From assembly GCA_030704615.1 (NCBI GenBank), contig CM060734.1, forward strand, positions 51,770,001-51,834,000: a stretch of DNA of 64,000 nucleotides, in the 5' to 3' direction. Below the pieces are notes generated by a model, which did no database searches, had not been told where the DNA came from, and saw only the letters and a list, made by a program, of their open reading frames with translations. Source of the stretch: Takakia lepidozioides (taxonomy: Eukaryota > Plantae > Bryophyta). Position 1 is the stretch's first letter; every line of letters begins with the position of its first letter. Position numbers and translations under genes: made by a program. This document shows positions 28,433 through 40,536 of this stretch, in pieces.

Positions 28433-29972
28433 ATAGGGCCGACAACTGCCAGATGCAAATTGTCCTAAAACTAGTGCGGATTTGTTTAATAAAAGCACAC
28501 ATGTGGGAGGAAATTCAAGTTCTGGCGCATACGACATTGGCAGTGCAACAATGATATTTCCCTCTTCCGCCGGCATCGCTCTCATTTTGCTCTTCAATCT
28601 TCTCTTCTGTGCCCATCTCCTCTCTGCTCTGTGTTCTTGCTGTGTCGTGAGGCCATGTCATGCCCGAATCACATCTAGCGACGCCAGACGGGACTCATTG
28701 CCCCAAAAGCAGACGACATCATTGTCTTCCTAGATGTTTACAGGGACGATCCTCGACTTATCCAGCTGAGAGCAATGGAGTTTCTTCCAGGATTGCACGA
28801 TTTTCCTGGACCCCGGCTGGGGAGCAGGTGGTTCCTGCGCATCATGGACCTAGATTTTCCGCTTGACTGGGAGCCGAACAGATCACGCACAACTGTATCG
28901 CTGAAACTGTTGCGAGTGGACGTATGATGAGTGCATAGGTGAAAACTTCACGCGTGGATGGACTGGCTCGGAAAGTGGGGACATTCTCTTCAGTTATGAG
29001 GATGAGGATGAGGATGAAGTGAACACAGGGCCCAGTGTGAAAATGTCCTTCTACAAAGGGGGCGCTGTTGATAAACACGACATCCTCGTTAGTTTCAACC
29101 GGGCGACAGAAACCGCTGACATTTTGTTCAAATATCGGTACCCGATCACTCAGGAGGTCCTTGAGAGGCCAGTTCGAGTTCCTTCTTCTTGGGCGAGGGG
29201 ACCATAGGTCTTGCATGCTAGAGTAGACATGTTTCGACTCGCGGACACTCATGGCACATACATTTTCCTCCAAAAATCAAGTAGCTCCCCTGTGCCATAT
29301 GAGGAATATACATGCTTGGATAATCTTCTGTAAAGGTTTTTTGCAATTCACTGCCAGTATGCTGGGACGTGTCCTTTGTCGTATGGATTGCTGTGTGCAC
29401 AAGGTGCAGTATGCAAATGCTGGAATGTGCAGTAGGACCCTTCCCACTGGGACACAGAACTTGCAATCTTGTAAAGACATCACATTTGCAGAATAGTGTC
29501 AATGTATTGGTAGTAAATCGGAGTCTTCTCATAAAGGTGGATGAAAACGCCAGGATGGGCTGCGGAATCACCACAAAATGAATGAAGAGCAGTAACAAGG
29601 AAACACTATGCAGTATACAGACCAATAACGGCGCTGAAATAGGCCACAATGTCCGTGTATCTCCACACAATATATGCTTTCCTTGGATCCATTAATAGAC
29701 ATAACCAAAATTAAAAAAACATGTCCACGCCATTCACGGCCAAAAACCACATTATCATGTGTTGCGGCACCGAAATGCACCTGAAGCCATGGCGGCGCGG
29801 TACCACCAAATGTATAATTCCTGACAAAAAATTAGGGTGCAAGAAGATGAATGTAATACAATTGGGTGGGAATGTTAGTTGCACATGTCCATAAAATATA
29901 GTTGCGCCGCTATTGCAACAATGAAAGTGGCTTGAACTGTCTTGCCACTTTCTCCTTCCCAAATGTGGAATG

Positions 29973-30425
29973 TCAAGCAGTCCGACCTGTATCCTGCTGT
30001 AAGGCCTTGTGCAGCTTGTTGAAGCTCAGTGTTGGAGCATGGATGAAGATGTCCACTACGGATATGCAACTCATGCGCTTCAGGAAAATGTAATAAAGGT
30101 GTTTGCAGGGGACGTATGTTGCATTCTTCGATTCCATAACAAGGAAGTCCTCACAGTTGCAGGCTGGGTACTGAGAAACCGTGATTGCATACACAACACT
30201 GCGCGCAGCAGACCCGGCTGTTGACAACTGAAATATGCACCCCATCCCGGGGTGAGGAACATCCCTACAACCTTGCACTATGCAGGGCATTGCAAGAGCG
30301 TTGGCCATCCTGGTGTCGTTCGCCTTTGTTGGTGGCCGCCGTCTTGTTTCCCCCACCATGAATAGGGTGAAATCTGCCTGCAAGTTGAGAAGCCCAATAT
30401 GTCTCAAAGGCCTGTGGACCTTCAA
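29973..30425 (-). mobile_element. SWIM zinc-finger C-terminus of a MULE-like transposase (relic; paralogue of 40537-41187)
   Basis: YAITVSQYPACNCEDF...CKHLYYI (CxC..CxH SWIM) and FIHAPTLS, collinear with YQVTVGNFPTCTCPDF...CQHQYYI...FIHQATLG. Confidence 0.75.
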
Positions 30426-31072
30426 AGATCAATCCCTCATAAGGAGAGACTGAACAACAAGTTATACAGAGTTGCAACAAAAATGCCGTCAATTACATTC
30501 AAACCGACTTGTGACAACTATCTAAAATTTTGGCCAGAGAAAGTGAGACAAAATCTGCAGTCCAAGATCCGCAAGCCCAAGAATGCGATCATCATCAGTT
30601 ACAATACTAACCTCCACATTCTTTTCAGGCCTCTTCTTCACAACCTTGCCCCCATGCAGATTAGCGAGACCACAAGTTAGCACTCCTCTTCCCCTCCCTG
30701 TTGTGAATGCAACGACGGCTTCCATATCGTCTCTCGGAATCAGCAACAAAACAACGAGGCCAAAAAGAGGGCCCTTGTCTTTAGTGCCGCCGTAGTGGTC
30801 GAAGGGGTTCACGGGTGCAGGCAATGAGAAACCGACAGGTGTCTGTGTAACAGGGAAAGGTCCATTGACATGAGGCAGAGATTCTGTGATGCCCACTCTA
30901 CAAGTGCGAACATGCTACTTCGGAGAAAGACGCAGACAGAGACCAGTGAGAGACAAGTGAGAGGATCACCTAAAGAGACAGAAAGAAGGGAAGGGGCGGC
31001 TACAGTCACGCAGTGAAGGGCAAGCGATCCGAACAGCAACTGGGAAATAGAATTGATCACGGGGAGGAAGCC

Positions 31073-32540
31073 ATGGATTCAGATACAGAGTGAGTCTGCG
31101 ACTCTCATCCCGCTTGTCACAGCTTCGCATTGAGTAGCCGCAGCTGTGGATTTGATGTGGTGGATGTTCGATGTATTGAGATCTAGCTCTACATAATCTT
31201 CACCCCGGTTCTTACATGGAGCTGATCTGACTACTTCGTATGCGTGCAGAAGGAGGTGGTGGTCGAAGGACACAGTGGCAGTGGTGACGGGGGCCAACAA
31301 GGGCCTAGGCTTCGAGATTGTACGCCAATTGGCAAAACAGGGGATCACCACAGTTCTGACTGCTCGCGATGAGAATCGTGGGCGTGAAGCGCTTGAAGCT
31401 TTGAAAAAAGAAGGGTTACAGCACGTTGCTTTCCATCTTCTCGATGTCACCAGCGAAGATTCTGCACAGACACTGGCAAATTGGCTTCGCGACACTTATG
31501 GTGGTATCGATATCTTGGTGAGTTTCGCAATAAATCCCCAATTCAGAGGGCGTGTTGTATCTGGGATCCTGTCCCTCCTACTGTCTTGAAAACTGTCTTG
31601 AAAAGATAAAGGCAAGACAAAGGCCCAGTAAAGATGATACTAGACTCTTATGGAGATAGACGCGAGCCACCAGGACATTCACTGAAGAAGTTACAGATTG
31701 AGGGGGGCGGGGTACCAGTCTTTTGTTCGAAGTTGAAAAAGTGGTGCATTTTGTCGTGGGCAGGTAAATAATGCTGCGATCTTAAACACCGGACTTCTGA
31801 ATGTAGCAGATGCAAAAGCTGTTATAAACACCAACTATGAGGGGGTCAAGCGTGTAACAGAAGCCCTGCTCCCTGTTTTACGACACACTCAGGCTGGTGC
31901 TCGCATTGTGGTGGTTTCCGCTCGACTTGGCCTTCTACAGGTCTCCCTCTCAGACATGTGGAATTGATCTCTTTTTTCCCTCATTAGATCGCCACATAGT
32001 AATGTCTATTCAGCTTTGCCTAGCATGCTGGGCTTTTGTCTCCTCATCCTGTCCTGCAGTAGTACAGCGTGTTAATTACTTTTGTGTAACGTGGTTCTTA
32101 TGACTGCCTCTCAGTTCTTGAAGAACAAGTTTCAAGAAGAGTTTGCTGATCGTGAACACATCAAAGAAGCCACCGTCAACAATTTCATTGATGAGTTCCT
32201 CCAAGATGTGAGTACTGGGACATGGAAGGAAAAGGGTTGGCCCGATTTGTCACCAAGTTATGCTGTTTCGAAGATTGCGGTGAATGCGTATGTGAGCATA
32301 CTGCACCGCGCCCTGTCTGGCCGCCCGCAAGACGAGAGCATCATCGTCAACAGCTACTGTCCCGGGGTTACTGAAACGGATATGATAACTCAGGTGCTGT
32401 CTGACCCACTATTCACGGTCACGCTCCCTCCACCCCACCCGGTTGGAGTGGGCGCTGACACTGGTGTGTGGCTAGCTCTCCAGCCTCCTGGAGGACCTTC
32501 AGGAAAGTTCTGGGCTGAGCGGCAAGAGATAGAATTCTGA
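31073..32540 (+). CDS. Short-chain dehydrogenase/reductase, carbonyl reductase/(+)-neomenthol dehydrogenase-like; exons 31073-31089, 31250-31517, 31764-31940, 32115-32540 (295 aa)
   Basis: GT-AG introns join in frame. TGANKGLG cofactor motif, DILVNNAA, YAVSK (YxxxK), CPG..TDM, C-terminal GPSGKFW. Confidence 0.92.
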
Positions 32541-34859
32541 GTATCTGCATCTGACTCATGGGTTGTCAAATTTTCCTATCATGAGGTCTGCATGCTTTGA
32601 CCCTCAACTGTCAACTTCAGAAGAATTGAACAATGTAACTCCACACTCAAATGTTCAGCTGGTTATACAATGTATGTTGCTGTATCAGTGACTTTTTGCA
32701 TGTCCTGTTTGCCAAGCTGCTGATGGTTGGCTTAAATTGAAAGGTTGCCATCTAGGGGGAGCTCTGCCCTTCATGATACGCCATGGTCAACATACGTGGG
32801 TTCAGTGAGACATCATTCATTCATCTCCCTTATCCCTATCGAAGAGTCCATACAGTTTGACTTGCGTGTGAATATATATCCATGGCTGGTGGAGCCACCT
32901 GCTTGACAGAACAGTATGTATGCAGAGCTCAAACACTGTCAGGTAGTGGTTTTGGAAGTTTTTCTAATGGCTTGTGGCAGGTTTCGTAACTCTGAAAGTG
33001 AGACCTATGTCCTCAGAACCAGGGTGAAGGTTTCCTGGTTGACAAACAGCTGCACCTAAATCCCTCCGGACAACAAAAAGAGGACAATAGCTTATCAAAA
33101 AAGGTGAGATTGTCACACGTATAGGAATGACCTAGATTGTCTTCTGGAACACCTGCTGCATAGTCAACATTTTATGCTAAACAGAATGTAGATGAAGAAG
33201 GTGGAGTGTACGTTTGTTCAACCAGTGCTACTGTACTATCAACTGGGCCAAATGCAGAGAGATAAGAACTCTAAAAATAGAAAGAAAAACTTGAATGCCT
33301 CCGCCTGTGGCCAAAAGGTCCCCAACAGATACAAGTAGAACAACAAAGAGCCAAAGAAGAATGAAACTGTTGTATCAGAAATGAAATGAAATGAAGTGGT
33401 GCTTTATAACGTCCGCGGAAAGCTCATAGAGCTTATGGGACAAAATGGAAGAAAACATGAGAGAGGAAACAAAACCAAAGCAAAGAATAAGAACTATTGT
33501 TCGAGTGATTGTCTAAGGGTTCGCACGAAGCCCAAAGTGGTTATGGGAGAAATGGAGTGTACGAAACAAAAACAGCAAGAACAAGATTTGGAGAAGATAC
33601 AGAAAGGAAAAGGAGAACTTTACAACGCCCAACAGGAAACCCACAGAGAGAGATACCTGGGGACACTGATGGGATGCAACTGACAGGTTCGAGATTGAGG
33701 GCCCCTCATCAAGCTGCTTTCCCACTCTCCTGTAGAAACAAGAACTAGTTTTCACATGATGAGCTTTGGAACGAAAAGCTTAACTGCTGGATCCACGAGA
33801 GGCAAGTTGGTTTCAACATTTCGCACCAAAGAGCAACAAATATATGAGCCTTCAGGGTCTCACTATGAAAAGTGCTGGACCAGGCTCCTGCACATTCCTT
33901 GACTCACACATGATGCCATATTGGGCGATGCGGAATGGTAACCTGCCTTTGAACAACAGCAACCTGCCTCAAGACATCAGCTGCATGGAACTAGGAGGTG
34001 AGACTGATTATATTTCCATTAAGAAAAATGTATGTCATCAGATGGCTAACCTGGGAGAGATGAAGGTAGTAGCAGTAGAGGGTGGCTCGACAATTTTGCG
34101 CAGACGTCTGTATACTCCTGTTGGGCAATTTACTTCCCATTTTTCTGTCTCCACCGTGACCTGACCCTTGTCAGCTCGAAGATGTTTTCTGAACCCAGCT
34201 ACATCCTTCTTAGTAAGCACTAAGCCTCTCTCCTTGCCTATGAATAAACAGCCAGTGAGGGGAAGATTTACGGTCTGCTCTTGATGCCTCTCAGCTATGA
34301 AAGTTGCTGAATTTTGGGTAGCCAAGGTAGTTTTACACACACAACTCCAACAAGTCAGGGTAAATCAAGAGAGCTGCCAAACATCGAAGGGGAAAAGAAG
34401 CAGAGAAGGAAGACGATTCTCGTCCGGCGATATACAGAGCAGACCCATTGCAACTCTTTCACACTTCAACAATTTTCCATCTCTCTGTTTTTTCGGGATT
34501 TCTATGGAACTGTAGACTTCAAAGAAAGACGTTCTTAACGGAGTCGTCCGTCCGTACTGTGTCTGTGTAGACCTACGATCCCTAAACCCAAGCCTCGCTC
34601 TTTGCATGCCACGCTGGTGATCAGCGAGCGTAGCAGCAGGACGGGTATCCCGCCGGTTTGATGTTTTCTGTAGTCTATGAAGCAATCCGGCTGAGGGGCA
34701 CTCCGATCTTAAGTGAGAGAGCAGCTCGTGATGTGAGATGAATGGACTTATTAGCCTTAGTGAGTTAACAATCCGGTGCTTGTTAGTGACGGGGGCTGAG
34801 GATATGGGCTGGTTGTTCTTGACAGGTACGAGCTCGGGAGGCAGCCAAGGAACTTCAGG

Positions 34860-35810
34860 AGGAAGCATAACTATATCGGGCCTTGAGTGATGAATAGAAA
34901 GTCCTGGCCACCATGGTAACATTGAATTTGGGAAACGAGCCATCTCCTTGACGACAAAACACCATTCCTGAGCCTAAGAAATTGACAGCTGGGTGAAATC
35001 GTTGAAGAAGGAGACCGATAAATTGAAAATAGTAATAGCAGCTCTGAAGTATCAGTTGCGTGCTGTCAAAGCGGAAAATAAAGTGATAGAAGCCAGAAGC
35101 AAGGCTGTGGAAGCCGAACTCCCATCGCTTACAGCGACAATTGAAGTGCTTGGAGCGGAAAATGAAGTGCAAAGAAAAAAAAGCGGAAAGGAAGGCTTTG
35201 GAAGCAGAAATGGCATTGCTTAAATGGTGAACAGAGGTGCAGGGACAATGTTCTGAAGAGGAGATTGTAATTGCCCAATGTGTGGCCAACCTCAAGACAA
35301 TACCCACTTTCTGGTACGGAATATTCTGTTTCATCATCCTCTTCCTCTTTACATCTGTATATTGTTCAAAGGTAGGCTTCCTGCCCTGAGTTTAAATTTC
35401 AGTCTAGTGCCAAGGCTAAGAAGGCCCTTGAGATCATCCTTAACGTCCTTGCCCAACAAGTTCAGGGACATTTATGCCCCCTGAATGGATTTTAGAGATT
35501 TAGCACGGTTGGATTAATTGATCTGCTCCTGGATATTGGAAGGGGTATCCCTTGGGCCTGCAAACTCATCCACAAACATAAGGGCTGGTATGGTGGCATC
35601 ACCCACCTTTAGCCCCAGTCCCTCGCTTTCCTTATCTTCAAGAATCCCTGAATCCGATCGATAAAGGTTTTTTGTGCCTAGCATTATGGCAGCTTGTGAT
35701 CCTGCCAAGGTGCTCACAAAAGCAGTGGAGGAAGGATGCTAACACTTTTGCTTCCAAGGTCTCTCTCATTTTCTCTGTGGGTCAATGGCCACAAGGCTAC
35801 GGCAAAAAAC
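34860..35810 (+). mobile_element. Rearranged LINE remnant (coiled-coil ORF1-like piece, zf-RVT piece, inverted RT piece, family 3' end)
   Basis: Coiled-coil ORF 34993-35223; CPMCGQPQDNTHFL at ~35273; minus-strand GLKVGDATIPALMFVDE (LF-ADD-like) at 35514-35717; 3' end shared with 1102-1128. Confidence 0.5.
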
Positions 35811-35861
35811 GTCTAACATTCTCACTCTCTCTCCCCAGTACAACATTGTGTTTAGTGTTTA

Positions 35862-36446
35862 ATGACCAAGTTGTCAAGCAATAAGGCAGTGCGGCGCATT
35901 CGAGTGCGTGGAGGTAACCTCAAGTTTCGGGCACTCCGCGTCGACGAAGGCAACTTTTCATGGGGAGGTTGTCACTCGCAAGGTTTGTATATTGGACGTG
36001 GTCTACAATTCATCGAACAACGAGCTTTGGCGCATTAACGCTCGTGAAGAACGCCTTCGTCCACATGGATGCTATCCCCTTCCATCAATGGTACAACTAG
36101 CACTACAATGTTGACAATGAATGTTCTCCGTTTCCTCTGCTCTTCCCCTCCTCTTTCTGCATCATGATAACATTGTTGTAGGAGTGTATGCACCTTTTGA
36201 TCTCAGTATATGGTTTGACATGCGCTCACTATATTGTACAAGAGGGTGTAACTGGGGAGGAGGAGAAAAAAGCGTGCAACCATGTCCAACGCAAAGTCTC
36301 CAAGAGGTAGGAGGACCAGAAGCTGGATCCGCATCTGGAGGACCAATTTGCCAGTGGCAGGTTGTTTGCTCTCGGCTTGGACAGTGTGGCCGTGCAGATG
36401 GGTATGTAGTGTGGTTTGATAATGCCACAACCAATTGGAGTTCCAT
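35862..36446 (+). pseudogene. RPS8: 40S ribosomal protein S8 pseudogene, truncated by a CACTA terminus
   Basis: [70 protein letters not shown]; frameshifts and stops. Confidence 0.9.
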
Positions 36447-37100
36447 CACTAGTACAGATTAACGTTTTTATGACTACGGATATCACTGCAAATGCAGTGA
36501 TAAGTGCTTTTACGACTACCTCACTCTACACTGACAAACACGAAGTCAGTTCTACCATGACTACGGAGTGATAAGTGCGAAGTCATGGTCGTCACTGAGG
36601 ACGTGGCATGCGATAGTGATGCAGGGTTTGGTGATGTAGTCATAACATAAATAACTACATGACTGTAAGTTATGACTACATCACTACAGCATTGCGCCTA
36701 CATGGAGAGGCTTGTGCGTGACACGTGGGATCCTTGGGATTTGACATGTGTGACCATATGGTACAGTGGACTACACGACTACACGATTACATGTCATGAC
36801 TAACATGATAACTACATTACTACAGAAGTCCACCTACATGGATAGTTGTCTGCGTGACACACGAAATCCCTCTGCTATGACACGTGTCCAAATCGTGGGA
36901 TGGAGTATAGTGATGTAGGCGTAACTTTATGACTACATTGTGTGACTACATTGATGACTACATAACTACTCAGTACATCGCTGAGGATGACATGTGGCAC
37001 ATTTCCTGAATAACTACATTACTATGGGTGTGACTATATCACTACAACACTACATATGCCACGTGGTTTTGTTGGAGTATGTGTGAATGACACCTGTAGG
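36447..37100. mobile_element. CACTA element terminus (CACTAGTACAGA) plus GACTAC subterminal repeats
   Basis: CACTA begins where RPS8 similarity stops and is followed by many actac/gactac repeats. Opposite terminus not seen in the window. Confidence 0.7.
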
Positions 37101-37630
37101 TCATGTAGATTTTAAAATTTGTTATATATTATTCAATTTCAAATGACTAATTTAAATAGTACATTAAAATAAATTAATATGAAATTTAAACAAACCATGT
37201 GGAGCTCTCATAAGCAAAGCAATTGGCAAAACAATTGGCCCTCTATATCAAGACACACCCCCTCTGAAGGGAATGAGAGCCTGCATTAATCTTCCAATGA
37301 CCAAAGAGTGGACCCCCAACCCTGCTGGCAGTTGCAAAGTGTGACAAAGAAAGATTCTACCACCAACCCTGTTGAATAGACTGACAGAAGCATCAATATC
37401 ATACAGTCTGAAAGACAACTACAATCAAACATGTCATTCATAGAAACAGCAACATCACAATCACAGCACACACATTCATGTGGTGTTCGAACCAGTCTTT
37501 GTATATAAATTCACAAAATATGCTTCATTGTTCAATCACAATGTCGCTAAACACTTACCTGGAAAAAACTAGATTCAACAGATACTGCTAGAAGTAAGGG
37601 CTTTATTGACAAACAAAGCAATAGAACTTC

Positions 37631-39850
37631 CTAAACATCATGTCTCAGTAGCTTCAAACTCCAAAGTGTGGTGCTTCCTACCACATCCCCCAACACAGTA
37701 TGTTTCGTAACATCGTTGAGATATGGTAAATGAGCGTTAGTGATGTATGCCTCTTTGATGTATATAGCCGCATACTCAGCTGGCACATCAGGGTAGCCCT
37801 CACTTACCTTGCAGCCTTGCAGAGAACATATAATCCCTGATCCAACCTTTGTCCGTTTGGACATCACGTTAAAGAGCCGAACTTGGTTTCCTACCTTAAA
37901 CTGTCATCCCAGCACCCACCAACAAAAACAATGAGTGAAAATACCATGCACGCTAGACTACGGAGGTCCAAGCATTATAGTACTTAAGTACCGGGAGGGG
38001 GGCTGCAACTATTTAATAGGGATGGATGGAGGGAGGGGAGGGAGGAAGGGTAGGCAGGAAGGTCTACAGCCAACAAGTTGCAGCAAACAACATACATACA
38101 CACACACACATTTTAATTTCGTTCTCTCTACCTACCTACCCAAAAGGCTATGCCAAACACAAGGTCTTATGAGTACTTTCTGTACCTACCCTTGGCAATA
38201 AACTGAAGTAAGATCCCTCACAATGGTCTCCCACTGGATGCGGAGTCTATGACCACAAGGATACAACAAACGTGAAGGACGGTAGTCTACACTCCAGTGG
38301 CCTCATAAACAAAATTGGAAAAGAAAATCATGGACTTACACCAAGCTGACTTTCAGGCGGCTGCGAGAACTGCTTGAGAAGGCTACTTCCCAGCTCCTCT
38401 GCTGACTTGTTGACAACATGGAGCCGCTTCATCATAGGTCCCTATATCACAAACCATTACAATTTCTTCAGTGGCATTACAACCTGAAATACACTAGTTA
38501 CATAGCTCACTCAAGAGAAACCCACTGCTCATGTAATTCACAAACAATCCAAGAATTCCAAATGTACTGGACCAGACTTACATTACATTGTTGTACCTTC
38601 TGACGATTACACTGAGCAGAATTGTAGGGCTGTTGTCCAAAGAGAGGCTCAGACTTCAAAAACTGTGGAATACTATGAGTCTTGCTTGCCCTCTCCAAGA
38701 ACGGCCACAACACATCGAGTAGATAGCCATCTTTTGGCCCTGATGATCGCATTTTCCATGGCTCCGGATATATCCCACTAAATGGAGGATTGTTTGATGC
38801 ATTTCTTGGTGTGTCATCAACAAGAAGAGTGTCTTCAGGACCCCATTCTGGTCACTCTGCCCACACTCTTGATAGGTTCCTCAAATATATGGGCTTTGCA
38901 TCAGCCCCCCTAGCCAATGGGTCAGTAAGCTCTTCACAGTAAAAGGCATCCCACTGGAAAATAAGATTAGTGTGCCCTTTGAAAATAAAGTCCACCATCG
39001 GAATGAAGTTGCGAGCTTTGCAGCAAGACCACACTGCCACCTCAAAGTGTGCAAAACACTTTTGCAAAAAAGAAATACAGCTGGATCTCAAAACTACCAT
39101 TTTCATCCCACACAACTTCCCCACAAATCCTTTGGGAACAGTTGTTGGACCACTAGCAACATGAATGGATTCACAGAGCAATCCATTCACATCCAAAACT
39201 AGCAAGTGCTTGCGAGGTGGGGGACTGTAAACGCTCACCTGGCTTCAACATATCAGCCCCAGTGGGATGCACAACCAATTGAAATGCCGTAGCATCTGTC
39301 CCATCCTCCCCATGTGAATTCCCCAAGGAATCATGCATACCTGAATCCGGTGTACCAGGCTTCTCAGACATATCGCGGGCATCATGATCAGTAGCTTCCT
39401 TTGTACCAGAGGCAGGCTGACTTGAAATTGTTGTCTTAGTGCCTGCCTTCCCTATGGCGAACTGCTTGGACAAATGCAAACCATCATCGGTGATAGGGTT
39501 AGGGGAGAGTTGAGATTGATCGCCAGTTATGGTCTCAAACCGCTCCGCCAATCTTTTTGTATACAGTGACACCAGAACCATTCATGCCAGATGTCACTGG
39601 ACCTGCCAGGGGGACATTAACCCCCAATTTGAGCATCATTGCCTTATGAGAGTCCATCATGTTCTGCATCCATGATTTCATCTCCAGCATATCAGACCCT
39701 TGAGCCTCGACTTGTTTTCCCATTGCATCCACCTTTCCGACTATGGCAAAATACGCTACACTCGCTTCCTGCCATATAGACAGAAATGCATAAGACAACA
39801 TGTTCCAGCAAGTTTTTTTCCACCTGCCAATATTTGAGCACAACATCAAG
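37631..39850 (-). pseudogene. CACTA/EnSpm TnpA-like gene with FCP1/NIF-type HAD phosphatase domain (copy 2)
   Basis: HLLVLDVNGLL, FEVAVWS, LRNLSRVW, TLLVDDTP..NNP, LWPFLE..FGQQP; C-terminal exon KVGSGII..HLPY..LGDVVGSTTLWS. Same architecture as copy 1. Confidence 0.65.
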
Positions 39851-40536
39851 CACCTTACCTATCAATCCATATTGGGTGATCACACCAACCAGACACATAT
39901 TCATCAAACTCAGGCAACCATGACTACAACATGTTCACCTGTACAAAAATATTGGTCCCATTTTTGTTCTAGCAAAGCAATAAATTCAGGCACAGGTCCT
40001 TCTACCACACATGCAGTCCTAGGGATACAATGATCACACGCAGCAACTTCTGAAGTAAAATGTGTTAACCCTATACTAAACCCCTTGATGGACTTAGACC
40101 TAGTCAGACAGGGCCGTCCTAGGGCAGCGTAGCTACGGCGTGAGCCCAGCCCCGTGAGCCTGGGAATTGAGCTCACGTTGTAGCTGCAAAGCGTGAGCTG
40201 AGCTCACGCTTCAGGGAAGCGTGAGCAGCACAAATCTGCTGGAGAAGCAGGTCCTATCGGCGAGGATTGCAGGAAGAGGGCCTATTACCGTGGACAAAAC
40301 AAAGGGGGCCCCCATGCACCATGTCTGCAATGCCTGCACAAAAAGAGGAATATGAAAATATGGCAGATTTGAGCTCAGAATGATTGGCATTTCAATTCAC
40401 AGATAGACGCTTACAATGAATGGCATGTGCATTTGTCCTGGTTCCGTGAACGAAATGTATGTGTTTGTCCTAAATGCAAAGTCTTCACACGGTAACCTGG
40501 AAACCAGCATGGGAAGCGGGCATGGCTCGTATGTGT

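Noticed and set aside
40109-40125. hAT-like TIR CAGGGCCGTCC
   Set aside because: No partner repeat or hAT transposase in the window.
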